This document shows positions 37,050 through 46,793 of a stretch of 64,000 nucleotides of DNA, piece by piece. The position numbers and the translations under genes were made by a program. The stretch is from a virus. Position 1 is the first letter of the stretch; the number at the start of each line of letters is the position of its first letter. The notes under the pieces were generated by a model. The model saw only the letters and a program-made list of their open reading frames with translations, was not told where the DNA came from and did not search any database. The DNA is taken from the IMG/VR virus record IMGVR_UViG_3300042445_000748, positions 1 to 64,000 of that record, one strand, 5' to 3'.

Positions 37050-37209
37050 AATCCTTCTTTCTTTTATGTACCAGCGTTACTTTGCTCAAATGCTTTTCTT
37101 TGCACATCCACGTTAACTCTTTAGTCTCTGTGTAAGATCTTAAGGTTGCCACTATAGCCTTGCAGGTATGACAAACAAACTTGCCATTATAAAGAGTATA
37201 GTTAGACAC
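37027..37209 (-). CDS. small zinc-ribbon protein
   Basis: CHTC...WMC..KH. Confidence 0.6.
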   Translation of the reverse strand: MSNYTLYNGKFVCHTCKAIVATLRSYTETKELTWMCKEKHLSKVTLVHKRKKDYEREERK

Positions 37210-38209
37210 TAAGTTTTTTCTTAATCATATCTTGAAGATCAAGGTCCTCTCTTACTCTATCAATGAATCCTTCTCTACCCTGAACTTTTGTACCGTCTTC
37301 AAGTTGATACCACGCACCAGTTCTGTTAATTATACCTACAGACTCTGCTGTATCTACAAGGTCACCTATGGCGTCTATACCAAGGCTGTCTCCTCTAAAG
37401 TAAAAATCATATTCACCAGATTGAAAACCTGGAGATGTTTTTGAAAATTGTAGTTCCCACTTTATCTTTCTTCCAATTTTTTCTTCTATCAACTTATCCC
37501 CAATTTGAATCTTTCCCTTGAGTGCTTGATTGTCTGACTCTGAAGAAAAAAGTTTAACAATGCAAGAAGAATAAAACTTTGTAGCCTGACCACCTGATGG
37601 TTGTTGACTGGTGTACATTGCATTAATATTATTTCTTGATTGAGAAATAAGTACTAACAATGTTGGCTTTACTTTATTGTTTGCGTAATTTAACATTTTC
37701 CAAGCATTACTAAAGTCACGAGATTCGGCACCAATTTGTTTTGTATTTTCTAATGCTTTCATTTCATCAGTATCTTTTTCAAAATAGATTGCAGGAAGCA
37801 TTGATGTTATTGAATCAACAACAATCAAATCAACTCCAGCATTCATTAATCCAACACCTACATCAACCATATCGCTGATGGTTCTTGCCTGTGAATAAAT
37901 AAGTTTTTCTGGATCAACACCAAGTGATTTAGCCCAATCCTCAGAGTATGACATTTCAGAATCAATCCAAGCACAAACCTTTCCTTCTTTTTGTGCAAGA
38001 GCAATCATCTGTAAACACATTGAAGATTTTGCAGAAGACTTACTTCCCCAAATTAAAACCTGCCTACCATATGGAAGTCCTCCACCAAGTGCACGATTTA
38101 ATCCAAAACTAGGTGTAGGTTGATATTCAAAATTTATTCCCACTCCATTACCAAGTCTTTTACGTAACTTAGGATCTAACTGTGCTAATACTTCTTCTAC
38201 GCTAACCAT
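37202..38209 (-). CDS. recA: RecA/UvsX-like recombinase
   Basis: LNRALGGGLPYGR, GSKSSAKSS, WIDSE, LIVVDS, GGQATKFYSS, GAWY. Confidence 0.92.
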   Translation of the reverse strand: MVSVEEVLAQLDPKLRKRLGNGVGINFEYQPTPSFGLNRALGGGLPYGRQVLIWGSKSSAKSSMCLQMIALAQKEGKVCAWIDSEMSYSEDWAKSLGVDPEKLIYSQARTISDMVDVGVGLMNAGVDLIVVDSITSMLPAIYFEKDTDEMKALENTKQIGAESRDFSNAWKMLNYANNKVKPTLLVLISQSRNNINAMYTSQQPSGGQATKFYSSCIVKLFSSESDNQALKGKIQIGDKLIEEKIGRKIKWELQFSKTSPGFQSGEYDFYFRGDSLGIDAIGDLVDTAESVGIINRTGAWYQLEDGTKVQGREGFIDRVREDLDLQDMIKKKLSV

Positions 38210-41200
38210 TGATATCCTCCAAGATTACGGTTCCGTCTTTTGTTTTGCCCAAAGTAAATTTATAGGCATGTCCTTCTTCTAATTTCATATAAGCCTGTGC
38301 AAATGATGTTGGAAATACCATAACTGAATGTAGGTCTCTTGATGTATCTGCCAAAGTTAGTGATGCCATTTTTTTGCCTGCTTTTGTTATTCTAGGTTTA
38401 AATGATACCACATACATCTCTTCATTTGTAAACGGTAATTGCTTATAGTTTAAAAACTTAACCAAGGCACTTGATGATCCTTTAATTTGATCAACTGGTA
38501 TTGCAGAAAGAATTCTATTATCATTAACAAGAATCAAATATGTTTGTCCAGTTTCAATAGTTGTTTGTTCTTCATCAAATATTCCAACACTACCAGTTTT
38601 ATCTAGCACTTCAACTCTAGACCAACCCTTACTTCTTTTAATACTTTTTACCATGCCCATAATAACAAATGAACCCTTTTCATCATAATCTTCTATTTCT
38701 TTTATAAAGGCATGATAATGTGCGGGAAGACTAACATTAAATTCTGGTAAGTTTAAAACTTCATATAAGTTTTGACGAATGTCTTCATCGTTTCTGGGGT
38801 TATCAGAAAATGTAGCAGCACCAATAAGTTTCAGTGCATTAAGTGCTCTACTGTTTACACCATTACCTTTAGTAAAAGTAAACTCTTCTAACTCTTTATA
38901 TGAATTAAATGGTCTGGCATCAATATACTTTTTAGCAATATTGTCAGATATATACTTAATAGCAGAAAGGCCAAACCTAATTCCTTTACCTTCAATTTTA
39001 AAATCTATATCAGAGTCATTAATATGTGGTAACTTAACTGGAATACCCATTCTTTTTGCTTCAATTAAATATTCAGTACGAGTATCCTTATTGCTTTCAT
39101 TTTTAAGCAAAGCAAACATAAACTCAAGTGGATAATAATACTTTAACCACGCTGTCCAATACGAGAGCGTAGAGTAAGCAACTGCATGAGACTTGTTGAA
39201 CGAATATCCCGCATGTGCCTCAAAGTCATGCCAAAGATCACGAGCAACGTTAGGAGCAACATACTTAGAAGCACCCTCAACAAACTTTTCTTTAAAAACA
39301 TCAAACTCCCTCGCATCTTTCTTTTTACCAATAATCTTTCTAACCTTATCTGCATCGGCCATTGTCATGCCACCAAGGTGCACGCAAGCCTGCATAACTT
39401 GTTCCTGATACAAAACACATCCATAAGTATCAGATGTAAATTCTTTCATTACTTGATGCACATAAGATACATTTTGTTTACCATGCTTACGAGCCAAATA
39501 ATCTTTACCAATAGTATTCATTGCACCTGGCCTAACTAGTGCGTTAGATGCAGCAAGTTCATTTAGATTTTTAACACCCATCTTAACCAATAAGTTTGTG
39601 TATGGTGTTGCTTCACATTGAAACACACCTTTTGTATATCCATCAGAAAGCATTTCATAAACTTTAGGATCTTCCATATTAATTTTTAATGGATCTATAT
39701 CTACATAATGATTTTCTTTAATCATACTTATAGCATCTTTAATAACACTTAAAGTTTTCAAACCAAGTGCATCTATTTTAATCAAACCAATTCTTTCGGC
39801 TTCTTCCATATCAATACCAACTACTGGAATTCTTTCATCGCTTCCAGGTGATGACCTTGTTTCTAGTGGTGCATATCTAAAAATAGGATTCTTACTTGTT
39901 ACAACACCTGCAGCATGAATACCAGTTCCACGAATTCTTCCACGTAGTTGTTCTCCATAAACTTGTACTTCTGGATATTTTTCTCTAAACCAATCTGTTG
40001 ATCTTGAACTACAATATTCTTCCCATGTGTCTACTAACTTTAAAACTTTGTTAACATCTGACAAAGGAATATTTAAAACTCTTGATACGTCTCTAACAAC
40101 ACCTTTATCTTTAAATTGTAAAAATGTAGCAATAGATGCAACGTGTCTATACTGTCTAACTAGATAATCCTTTACCTCATCACGACGTGAGTCTTGAATA
40201 TCTGTATCAATATCTGGAAAATCATTACGTTCTGGATTAATAAATCTAAAGAAAAGTAAACCATGTTTAATTGGATCAATATCTGTAATATTTAAAGCAT
40301 AGCATAAAAGTGATCCAGCAGAAGATCCTCGACCAGGACCAACCATGATTCCTTCTTTTTTAGCCCAGTTAATCATGCTTTGCACAACTAGAAAATATGG
40401 ACCAAACTTTTTATCTTTAATTACCTTTAACTCATCATTAAGTCTTTCTACATATACAGGATCTTCTAACAAACCTTTATCTTTTAAACCCTGCATTGCA
40501 ATGTCTTTTAATTCTTTATCTGGGTTTCTATATTGAACTGGTAATAAGTCCAAGCCCTCTTGTAAGTCATAGTCTTCTACCTTATTGGCAATCTCTATAG
40601 TATTAGAGTATATGTCTTCTCTGAATATACCCTGCTTTTCCATGGCAGATTTAATTTCTTCGTAACTTAACAAATGTATGTCAAATTTATTAAATGTTAT
40701 CTGTCTATCCTTACCGTACAGATAATCTAAACGCTCCATCATATCTTTATGCTTTTTAGACTTATCGTATGTATGATCTTTTTCTACTTTAGCATGTGTG
40801 TTTAACAGCAGTTTAAATTCTTGCACTTCTCTTTGTTCTTTGCAACTATGGTGACAGTCTGGGGTAACAACTACTTTTACACCAAATTCGTCAGCAAGAG
40901 CAATAAGTTGTTTGTTTATCTCAGCAGCATTATGTGGCATTACTTCAATATAATAATCATCTTTAAAAGTATCTTTAAACCATTCAATGTATTTTTTTGC
41001 TACTGCAAATGCATTTTCTTCCAAGGCTTTAACAAGCACACTACTTGGACAAGCAGATGTAACTATAATACCTTCTGAATATTGTTTTAATATTTCAAAA
41101 TCAAATCTTGGTTTTTTAAAATATCCTTCAGTCCAAGCGATTTCATTTATTTTATTTAAGTTTTCTAAACCAATCTTATTTTTAGCGAGAAGGACTATAT

Positions 41201-41474
41201 GGTTATAGACTAAATCAAGTTGACCGTCTCTCTCAGACTTGTCTCTTGTATCAAATCTATCTTGACACATATAGCCCTCTACGCCAAGAATAGGCTTAAC
41301 GTTCTTTGCTTTTGCACCTCGATACAGTTCTCTATGCCCAGATAAGGTTCCGTGATCTGTGATTGCAATTGCTTGCATACCCAAATCAACTGCACGGTCT
41401 ATATATTCTTCTGGAGTAGCAACACCATCAAATAATGAATAGTGTGTGTGAACGTGTAAGCCTACATAACTCAT
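38202..41474 (-). CDS. dnaE: DNA polymerase III alpha subunit
   Basis: LHVHTHYSLFDG PHP domain, GPGRGSSAGSL, PDIDTD, GIHAAGVV, YSFNKSHAVAY. Confidence 0.97.
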   Translation of the reverse strand: MSYVGLHVHTHYSLFDGVATPEEYIDRAVDLGMQAIAITDHGTLSGHRELYRGAKAKNVKPILGVEGYMCQDRFDTRDKSERDGQLDLVYNHIVLLAKNKIGLENLNKINEIAWTEGYFKKPRFDFEILKQYSEGIIVTSACPSSVLVKALEENAFAVAKKYIEWFKDTFKDDYYIEVMPHNAAEINKQLIALADEFGVKVVVTPDCHHSCKEQREVQEFKLLLNTHAKVEKDHTYDKSKKHKDMMERLDYLYGKDRQITFNKFDIHLLSYEEIKSAMEKQGIFREDIYSNTIEIANKVEDYDLQEGLDLLPVQYRNPDKELKDIAMQGLKDKGLLEDPVYVERLNDELKVIKDKKFGPYFLVVQSMINWAKKEGIMVGPGRGSSAGSLLCYALNITDIDPIKHGLLFFRFINPERNDFPDIDTDIQDSRRDEVKDYLVRQYRHVASIATFLQFKDKGVVRDVSRVLNIPLSDVNKVLKLVDTWEEYCSSRSTDWFREKYPEVQVYGEQLRGRIRGTGIHAAGVVTSKNPIFRYAPLETRSSPGSDERIPVVGIDMEEAERIGLIKIDALGLKTLSVIKDAISMIKENHYVDIDPLKINMEDPKVYEMLSDGYTKGVFQCEATPYTNLLVKMGVKNLNELAASNALVRPGAMNTIGKDYLARKHGKQNVSYVHQVMKEFTSDTYGCVLYQEQVMQACVHLGGMTMADADKVRKIIGKKKDAREFDVFKEKFVEGASKYVAPNVARDLWHDFEAHAGYSFNKSHAVAYSTLSYWTAWLKYYYPLEFMFALLKNESNKDTRTEYLIEAKRMGIPVKLPHINDSDIDFKIEGKGIRFGLSAIKYISDNIAKKYIDARPFNSYKELEEFTFTKGNGVNSRALNALKLIGAATFSDNPRNDEDIRQNLYEVLNLPEFNVSLPAHYHAFIKEIEDYDEKGSFVIMGMVKSIKRSKGWSRVEVLDKTGSVGIFDEEQTTIETGQTYLILVNDNRILSAIPVDQIKGSSSALVKFLNYKQLPFTNEEMYVVSFKPRITKAGKKMASLTLADTSRDLHSVMVFPTSFAQAYMKLEEGHAYKFTLGKTKDGTVILEDING

Positions 41475-41477
41475 CTA

Positions 41478-42134
41478 TTACCAGTCAGTGTTTGTTGACG
41501 AAGTAGTAGATGGAGAATCAAACCCCAAGTAGAAAGCCTCTTGTTCTGCATAAGGAACTTTCTTAAGAGCCAATTCTAATGGATGAGGTTCAATACCTTC
41601 CCAATTAAACGGTTCTGTATCTGGAGCAGATGGAATAAGAGTGTAACTAGTTTCAGTTCCCTGACCGTTACGCTTTAACTTCCATGTAATATTTGAAATG
41701 CTTCCTGTTTCTAAAGCATATTCACGAATTGTATTGAAGGATGATTGCTTGCTTAGTCCCATAGACCAAATTGCAACATATGGTGCTTCAATGCCATCGT
41801 CTACAAGAACGTTGCAGTAGAAACGAAGACGGCCTCTCCAGCCAGCCTTTGGATCTTTACGATGCATTTCTTCAGCCCAATCGCGGCCTTCTGTTTCCAT
41901 TGTATCTACAGCACGACGCTTGTAGTCTTTTGGATTTACGTGTTCTCTAACAACTAGTGCTAGTCCACGTTTTTCATTATAGTTAGCAGAATCTTCATCA
42001 AGTTCTTCAATGAATCTGATTTTTGCTGATTGACCATCTGCAAGTTTTAACCACTTTACTTTTGATCCTGCACCTTCATATTTTGGTTTGTCGAGCAGGG
42101 CGTTGATATTTTTTAATCCCTTTACTACGCTCAT
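41478..42134 (-). CDS. single-stranded DNA-binding protein (gp32-like)
   Basis: WLKL.DGQ..KIRF, KRNGQGTETSY, acidic/aromatic C-terminus; between primase and polymerase. Confidence 0.65.
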   Translation of the reverse strand: MSVVKGLKNINALLDKPKYEGAGSKVKWLKLADGQSAKIRFIEELDEDSANYNEKRGLALVVREHVNPKDYKRRAVDTMETEGRDWAEEMHRKDPKAGWRGRLRFYCNVLVDDGIEAPYVAIWSMGLSKQSSFNTIREYALETGSISNITWKLKRNGQGTETSYTLIPSAPDTEPFNWEGIEPHPLELALKKVPYAEQEAFYLGFDSPSTTSSTNTDW

Positions 42135-42158
42135 TCGTTCTCCTTTGTTTGTTCTATT

Positions 42159-43103
42159 CTATTTTAGCATAGCGATTATAGAGTTGTCAAATCTAAATTC
42201 AAGTTTCTTTATAGATTCGTCATCCATGTCGCCAATATCTTTGTACTGCTTTTCTAACTTTATTACACCAACACGAGAGCCAAGTTTTTCCATAAGCCTG
42301 TCTTTCATGTTACTTCCTGCTTCATCATTGTCTGCAATAACAATAATATCATTAAAGTATTTTTTAAGCAACTCTACCTGTTGACTAGATATTGTTGCCC
42401 CAAGTGTTGCAACTGCTGGAAATCCAACTTGATCTAATCTTATAACATCAAAAGAAGATTCTACCACATAAACTTTGTTAGCAGTCTTAACTCTATTAAG
42501 ATTAAATAGTGTTTTAGACTTTGGCATACCTGGAGTGTTTTTAAATTCTTTTCCATCAATGGATCTTCCAACAAAACCTATCATCATCCCATCTGGTGAG
42601 TGAACTGGTATCGTTACCATATCTTGTTTTTCAGAATAGCCCAAACTAAACTTAATCATTGATTCTTTAGTTACTTTTCTTTTAGCATAATATTCTACGG
42701 CTCTAGACGATTCCAAAGCCTGATTATTTAATCTTTTAATTATTAACTCGTCAAACTGAACAAAGTCTGGTTTAACAAATAATTTTTTATTAATTTGCTT
42801 TTCAATATCTATATTTTGTTCTTTGTCTTTAATAAATCTCACGGATTCAAAATATGTTCTACCTGTAATATGCATTACAAACTCAATTAAATCTGCTATT
42901 TTATTACAAGAGAAACAAAAAAACATTCCAGTGTTCATGTTAACTTCGCCTGCTGGAGTTCTATGATTATTATGAAACGGACAAAATACAATAAATTCAG
43001 AGCCTACTTGTGACTCAATGTTTAAACCTGATCCTTCAATGACTCTTTCGATTTGTTCTTTCGTGTATATATTGGTGTTGCCTGACTTATTCCGTCTATC
43101 CAT
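42159..43103 (-). CDS. dnaG: DNA primase
   Basis: CPFH...CFSC zinc finger; VVESSFD and ADNDEAG TOPRIM motifs. Confidence 0.9.
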   Translation of the reverse strand: MDRRNKSGNTNIYTKEQIERVIEGSGLNIESQVGSEFIVFCPFHNNHRTPAGEVNMNTGMFFCFSCNKIADLIEFVMHITGRTYFESVRFIKDKEQNIDIEKQINKKLFVKPDFVQFDELIIKRLNNQALESSRAVEYYAKRKVTKESMIKFSLGYSEKQDMVTIPVHSPDGMMIGFVGRSIDGKEFKNTPGMPKSKTLFNLNRVKTANKVYVVESSFDVIRLDQVGFPAVATLGATISSQQVELLKKYFNDIIVIADNDEAGSNMKDRLMEKLGSRVGVIKLEKQYKDIGDMDDESIKKLEFRFDNSIIAMLK

Positions 43104-43348
43104 TCACTCTTTCTCTTTCCTACATATATTCCGTATATTGTTATTTCAAACTCAAAACTTTTTGTCTTTAGATTATAGTCTATCGTAAAGTCAGGTTCTA
43201 TGTCAAATTTTGGCACATAACCAGATAGCCTCATCTCTGATACTAGCAGTTTTACATATTCAGATTTAAGCCTTTCAATGGCTGAATCATCGTGTATGGT
43301 TCCACTAAGGTTAAAGTTCTTGATAGGTTTATGATGATAATTGTCCAC
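43022..43348 (-). CDS. hypothetical protein
   Basis: ORF between helicase and primase; TATAAT 5 nt upstream. Confidence 0.6.
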   Translation of the reverse strand: MDNYHHKPIKNFNLSGTIHDDSAIERLKSEYVKLLVSEMRLSGYVPKFDIEPDFTIDYNLKTKSFEFEITIYGIYVGKRKSEWIDGISQATPIYTRKNKSKESLKDQV

Positions 43349-43354
43349 ATACTA

Positions 43355-44581
43355 TTATAACTGCTTATCTTCATAATCTTTGTATCTGTAATACCCTTTA
43401 TCAAAGTCTACCTGAACAAGAAACTCACCCATAAATCCATTTCTATTCTTTCTGAAAGCACATTCGATAATGTCACTATTGGATGCACGACCAAGTGCCA
43501 TTACCCAATCAGCATCATATGCAATCTGTCTAGACCATGCAGTTTGACCCAATGTTGGGACACTGCTCAAATCGTTTACATCGTCTGGAGTTGCAGAAGA
43601 TATTGCAATAATAGGAATCTCTTCACCAATAGCCATAAGTTTAAGTTCTCTTGAAAGGTTTTTCATTCGTACCGTTTCGTTGTCAGACCTTTGGTTTGGA
43701 CTCATAAGTTGTAAATAATCAACAATAACAAAGTCTGGTTTATACTGATCTATTTTTCCACGAAGTACTGATGGATTAATCTCTCCACCATTGTCATTTG
43801 AGATAATATGAAATTCTGGTTTCCCTGAAATTTTATTTGCATGCCACTTGTTAAACATGTCAAGTTCAATCTCACCCTTGCTTAATTTTCTGTGTGACCA
43901 AAGTCCTTCTCCCATGATCGTGTAGACACGATTTCTGACTTCTGCTTCACCCATTTCTAAAGATATGATCAGTGGAGATTTGCCTTGTTTCCAGGCCTGT
44001 ACGGCAAAATAAAGGGCTAACCAAGACTTACCTATACCTGGGTATGCAAGAAACACTCCCAGTTGCCCTGGCATGATTCCTGACGGTAAGTAGTTATCAA
44101 ACCCTGGAAGCCCAGTGGTAATTCCTACCAAACCAAGTTCTTGTTGTTTTTTAAGATTTTCAAAATATGCAATAGCAGACTGTAAGTCAGTGACATCAAT
44201 ATCACGTATTGCAGAAGTGTTCTTTTTTAATTCTGAAGTTTTTGTAATAAGATTATTTAAGGCTTCTGTACCTTTGTTATCTGAAACATCAGATGCAGCA
44301 GATCTTAATATATCTTTAAGACTATCGTTTAAATATTCAATTTGTAATTCTTCTAAATGATGTTTTGTTGATCCTACATTTTCTACTGGCTTAAAGTCTC
44401 TAAATTTTTCTACGACAAGGGATACTGGTGGAACTGAGGAGTTTTGTTCAAAGTATATTCTAATAAAGTTCCAAATATCATTATGGGTTTTTAATAGATT
44501 GTCAACATTGTTTTGAAGCAGAACATGTAATTGCTTGTCTTGTAATACTGCAGAAATTACTTTTGCTTCAACATTATTCAC
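43355..44581 (-). CDS. dnaB: replicative DNA helicase
   Basis: AYPGIGKS, ISLEM, IVDYLQLM, DAD, KNRNG. Confidence 0.92.
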   Translation of the reverse strand: MNNVEAKVISAVLQDKQLHVLLQNNVDNLLKTHNDIWNFIRIYFEQNSSVPPVSLVVEKFRDFKPVENVGSTKHHLEELQIEYLNDSLKDILRSAASDVSDNKGTEALNNLITKTSELKKNTSAIRDIDVTDLQSAIAYFENLKKQQELGLVGITTGLPGFDNYLPSGIMPGQLGVFLAYPGIGKSWLALYFAVQAWKQGKSPLIISLEMGEAEVRNRVYTIMGEGLWSHRKLSKGEIELDMFNKWHANKISGKPEFHIISNDNGGEINPSVLRGKIDQYKPDFVIVDYLQLMSPNQRSDNETVRMKNLSRELKLMAIGEEIPIIAISSATPDDVNDLSSVPTLGQTAWSRQIAYDADWVMALGRASNSDIIECAFRKNRNGFMGEFLVQVDFDKGYYRYKDYEDKQL

Positions 44582-44882
44582 TTAACCACTCCTTTGCTTT
44601 TTTTCGTCTTTCTAATCTTTCAAAGTTATCTTTTTCTTTATCTATTTTAGCATTCCAAATTTTTTCAGCATTGTATGAAAAATAGTTCCAACTAGGACTT
44701 TGTGCTACCTTGAAATAATATTCAAGCAAATCATAGCATGTACCCAAACCGTATGATTCTATAAGAGCATCAGCAGACCACTGCTCTGTCCATTTATTTA
44801 TTGATGGCTGTTGCCCATACTTAACCTTATGGTGTTTAGCGTATGTTCCTAGCAAAGCCATTCGGTCTTTGCGTTCAGCCAC
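44574..44882 (-). CDS. hypothetical protein (possible helicase loader)
   Basis: position upstream of the helicase. Confidence 0.5.
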   Translation of the reverse strand: MAERKDRMALLGTYAKHHKVKYGQQPSINKWTEQWSADALIESYGLGTCYDLLEYYFKVAQSPSWNYFSYNAEKIWNAKIDKEKDNFERLERRKKAKEWLSE

Positions 44883-45097
44883 TAATCGATTATTTCTGCT
44901 TTTGCTTCGTTAATTTTTTCAGTAAGTTTACTTTCAACAAAACCATAAACTCTTTCAAATGCCTCGCTAGTAGTTTCTCCGTCTTTCTTAGAATCTACCA
45001 CACCAAGATCTAATCTTAGTGATTGAAAATTTCCTAAATTTAATGTATAACCAAGAGTAATAGAAACCTTGGTATTATCGTTTTCTTGCATACCCAC
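44882..45097 (-). CDS. conserved hypothetical protein
   Basis: LGYTLNLGNFQSLRLD. Confidence 0.65.
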   Translation of the reverse strand: MGMQENDNTKVSITLGYTLNLGNFQSLRLDLGVVDSKKDGETTSEAFERVYGFVESKLTEKINEAKAEIID

Positions 45098-45106
45098 TCC
45101 TTATTG

Positions 45107-45652
45107 CTAGTTAATCGATTCGTTCCAAATTGGAATAAATCTACCGTCCTCTGTCTTCGTATATTTAAGTATACCATCACCCATTCTTCTAGTCAACTCT
45201 TGTGTACTAGGTGTAATGTCATTTGTAATTAAATTATCTTTTCTTGGTCTACCTATATGGTACGAAGCAAGTATATCACGTATGTCTTTTACCTGTGACT
45301 CTGAGTAGTATGATCTTACTTGCCATCCTCGTGCCCCGCCTTTTTGTGATCCAGTAGGAAATGGTATAATCTCTCTTCTCATTAAAGAAGGCATATATTT
45401 TTTATGTCTATTTACTAATTCAGCCGTCTGTCTAACTGTATATGCACGCTCTCTTTTATTTTTAAAATCAGAAATTAAACAACTTTCAATTCTATCTTTA
45501 TTAATATTATATACAGACATTATTCCATTAGATTTATTAAAGTGATGAATTCTTACCAAGTCGCCATTTAAAAACCAAACTTTTTTATTGCCAGGTATTA
45601 CAGGGGCGAGATTGTATGCTTCGCTCTCAAGATTTCCTTTTCTAACAGCCAT
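45107..45652 (-). CDS. MerR-like HTH DNA-binding protein
   Basis: YTVRQTAELVNRH...RSYYSESQV; GGAGG SD before MAVRKG. Confidence 0.6.
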   Translation of the reverse strand: MAVRKGNLESEAYNLAPVIPGNKKVWFLNGDLVRIHHFNKSNGIMSVYNINKDRIESCLISDFKNKRERAYTVRQTAELVNRHKKYMPSLMRREIIPFPTGSQKGGARGWQVRSYYSESQVKDIRDILASYHIGRPRKDNLITNDITPSTQELTRRMGDGILKYTKTEDGRFIPIWNESIN

Positions 45653-45789
45653 GATCCTCCTATGACGCTCTGTGGTGGGTTCATAAACTCTCTTGTCCCA
45701 CAAGACATGCAATATAATTCTAGATGAAGACGTGAACTATAAAGTCTATCAAGAAACATTCTTCCTTTACATTTTTTACATTCTAACAT
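45598..45789 (-). CDS. small zinc-ribbon protein
   Basis: CKKCKGRMF...YCMSCG. Confidence 0.65.
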   Translation of the reverse strand: MLECKKCKGRMFLDRLYSSRLHLELYCMSCGTREFMNPPQSVIGGSWLLEKEILRAKHTISPL

Positions 45790-46229
45790 TAATTAGGAAT
45801 TCCAAGTGCAATGATATTTATACCAATAGATACATTGCCACTTGTCTTAAACTTTACAACTCCATCTACTTTTGACACTGTGATATTTTTTAAAACTACA
45901 GTAATGTCAGATCCAGCAGATGTGCCGTCTATGTTTATTGGGGTGGCCGTAACAATTGGTGCATATTTAAATCCAGAATAACTTAAAGAAAATGATAGTT
46001 CGTTTCCAGCACTAACGGTACTGTTGTTTGCTACCTCTACGTACCCGCCAACCATTCTCATCTCAGATGATTTGACATCCTGTCTTCCAGAAGAAATAGT
46101 ATCTATTGTCATATATTTATTAAGTGATGGTGAAACTTGGGTAGATAGTGTATTTAAAGTATCTGCTATTTGATATATATATCCAACATCAAGTGGTTGA
46201 CCACGATTTGGGAGAGGTACTCTAGCCAT
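45789..46229 (-). CDS. putative minor tail/structural protein
   Basis: F..APIVTATP beta-rich C-terminus; end of tail operon. Confidence 0.5.
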   Translation of the reverse strand: MARVPLPNRGQPLDVGYIYQIADTLNTLSTQVSPSLNKYMTIDTISSGRQDVKSSEMRMVGGYVEVANNSTVSAGNELSFSLSYSGFKYAPIVTATPINIDGTSAGSDITVVLKNITVSKVDGVVKFKTSGNVSIGINIIALGIPN

Positions 46230-46247
46230 AGTTATTCCATTATACCA

Positions 46248-46793
46248 TTAAAGGGTTTGTTCACTACTAATTAGATATGTAGCAGCATCAAAAGCCTGTT
46301 TAACTTGTGTAATCTTTTGTACTCTAAACTTCATATGTGTTGGCCCTGTAGATGGATATGTCATAGAGTATTGAGTACCCTGCGAAACTCCAACCCATGT
46401 CCAATTTCCGTATGTTCCACCTGTTTTCCACTGAACGTAAATATCAAAGTTTTTTATTGACGCTTGTTTTTCTTGTAATATTTTTTCTTCATTAGTTGGA
46501 TTAGTTATTAAAAGTGCGGGCATAGTCCAAGAAATTTCTGCAAGATGTGCTATATCATTTATAATAACATTATGAGTAATACTCGTTCCTGCAATATCTT
46601 CAATATCAAAACCAATTTCATCAAACGTACTTGTTGATCCTAGTTTGTGTATTGGTGACCAATGTGAATACCTATTCTTATCTTCAGAAACAATTCTATA
46701 TCTCATTTGATAAAATAGTTCATCATTATTTCCTATATAATTTGGTAAATCTTTTTTTAATATTCTAACTTTTTTTATATTTTGATCTACCAT
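46248..46793 (-). CDS. putative minor tail protein (Ig/FN3-like)
   Basis: RYRIVSEDKNR.SHWSP; beta-rich. Confidence 0.5.
   Translation of the reverse strand: MVDQNIKKVRILKKDLPNYIGNNDELFYQMRYRIVSEDKNRYSHWSPIHKLGSTSTFDEIGFDIEDIAGTSITHNVIINDIAHLAEISWTMPALLITNPTNEEKILQEKQASIKNFDIYVQWKTGGTYGNWTWVGVSQGTQYSMTYPSTGPTHMKFRVQKITQVKQAFDAATYLISSEQTL

Noticed and set aside
38779-41208. Plus-strand ORFs inside dnaE (and similar ones inside the tape measure, terL, helicase and others)
   Set aside because: Antisense shadows of long coding genes, with no SD/promoter support and no recognisable motifs
27079-44581. Inteins or introns in terL, recA, dnaE or dnaB
   Set aside because: Lengths are normal, the frames are uninterrupted and I saw no splice-junction motifs
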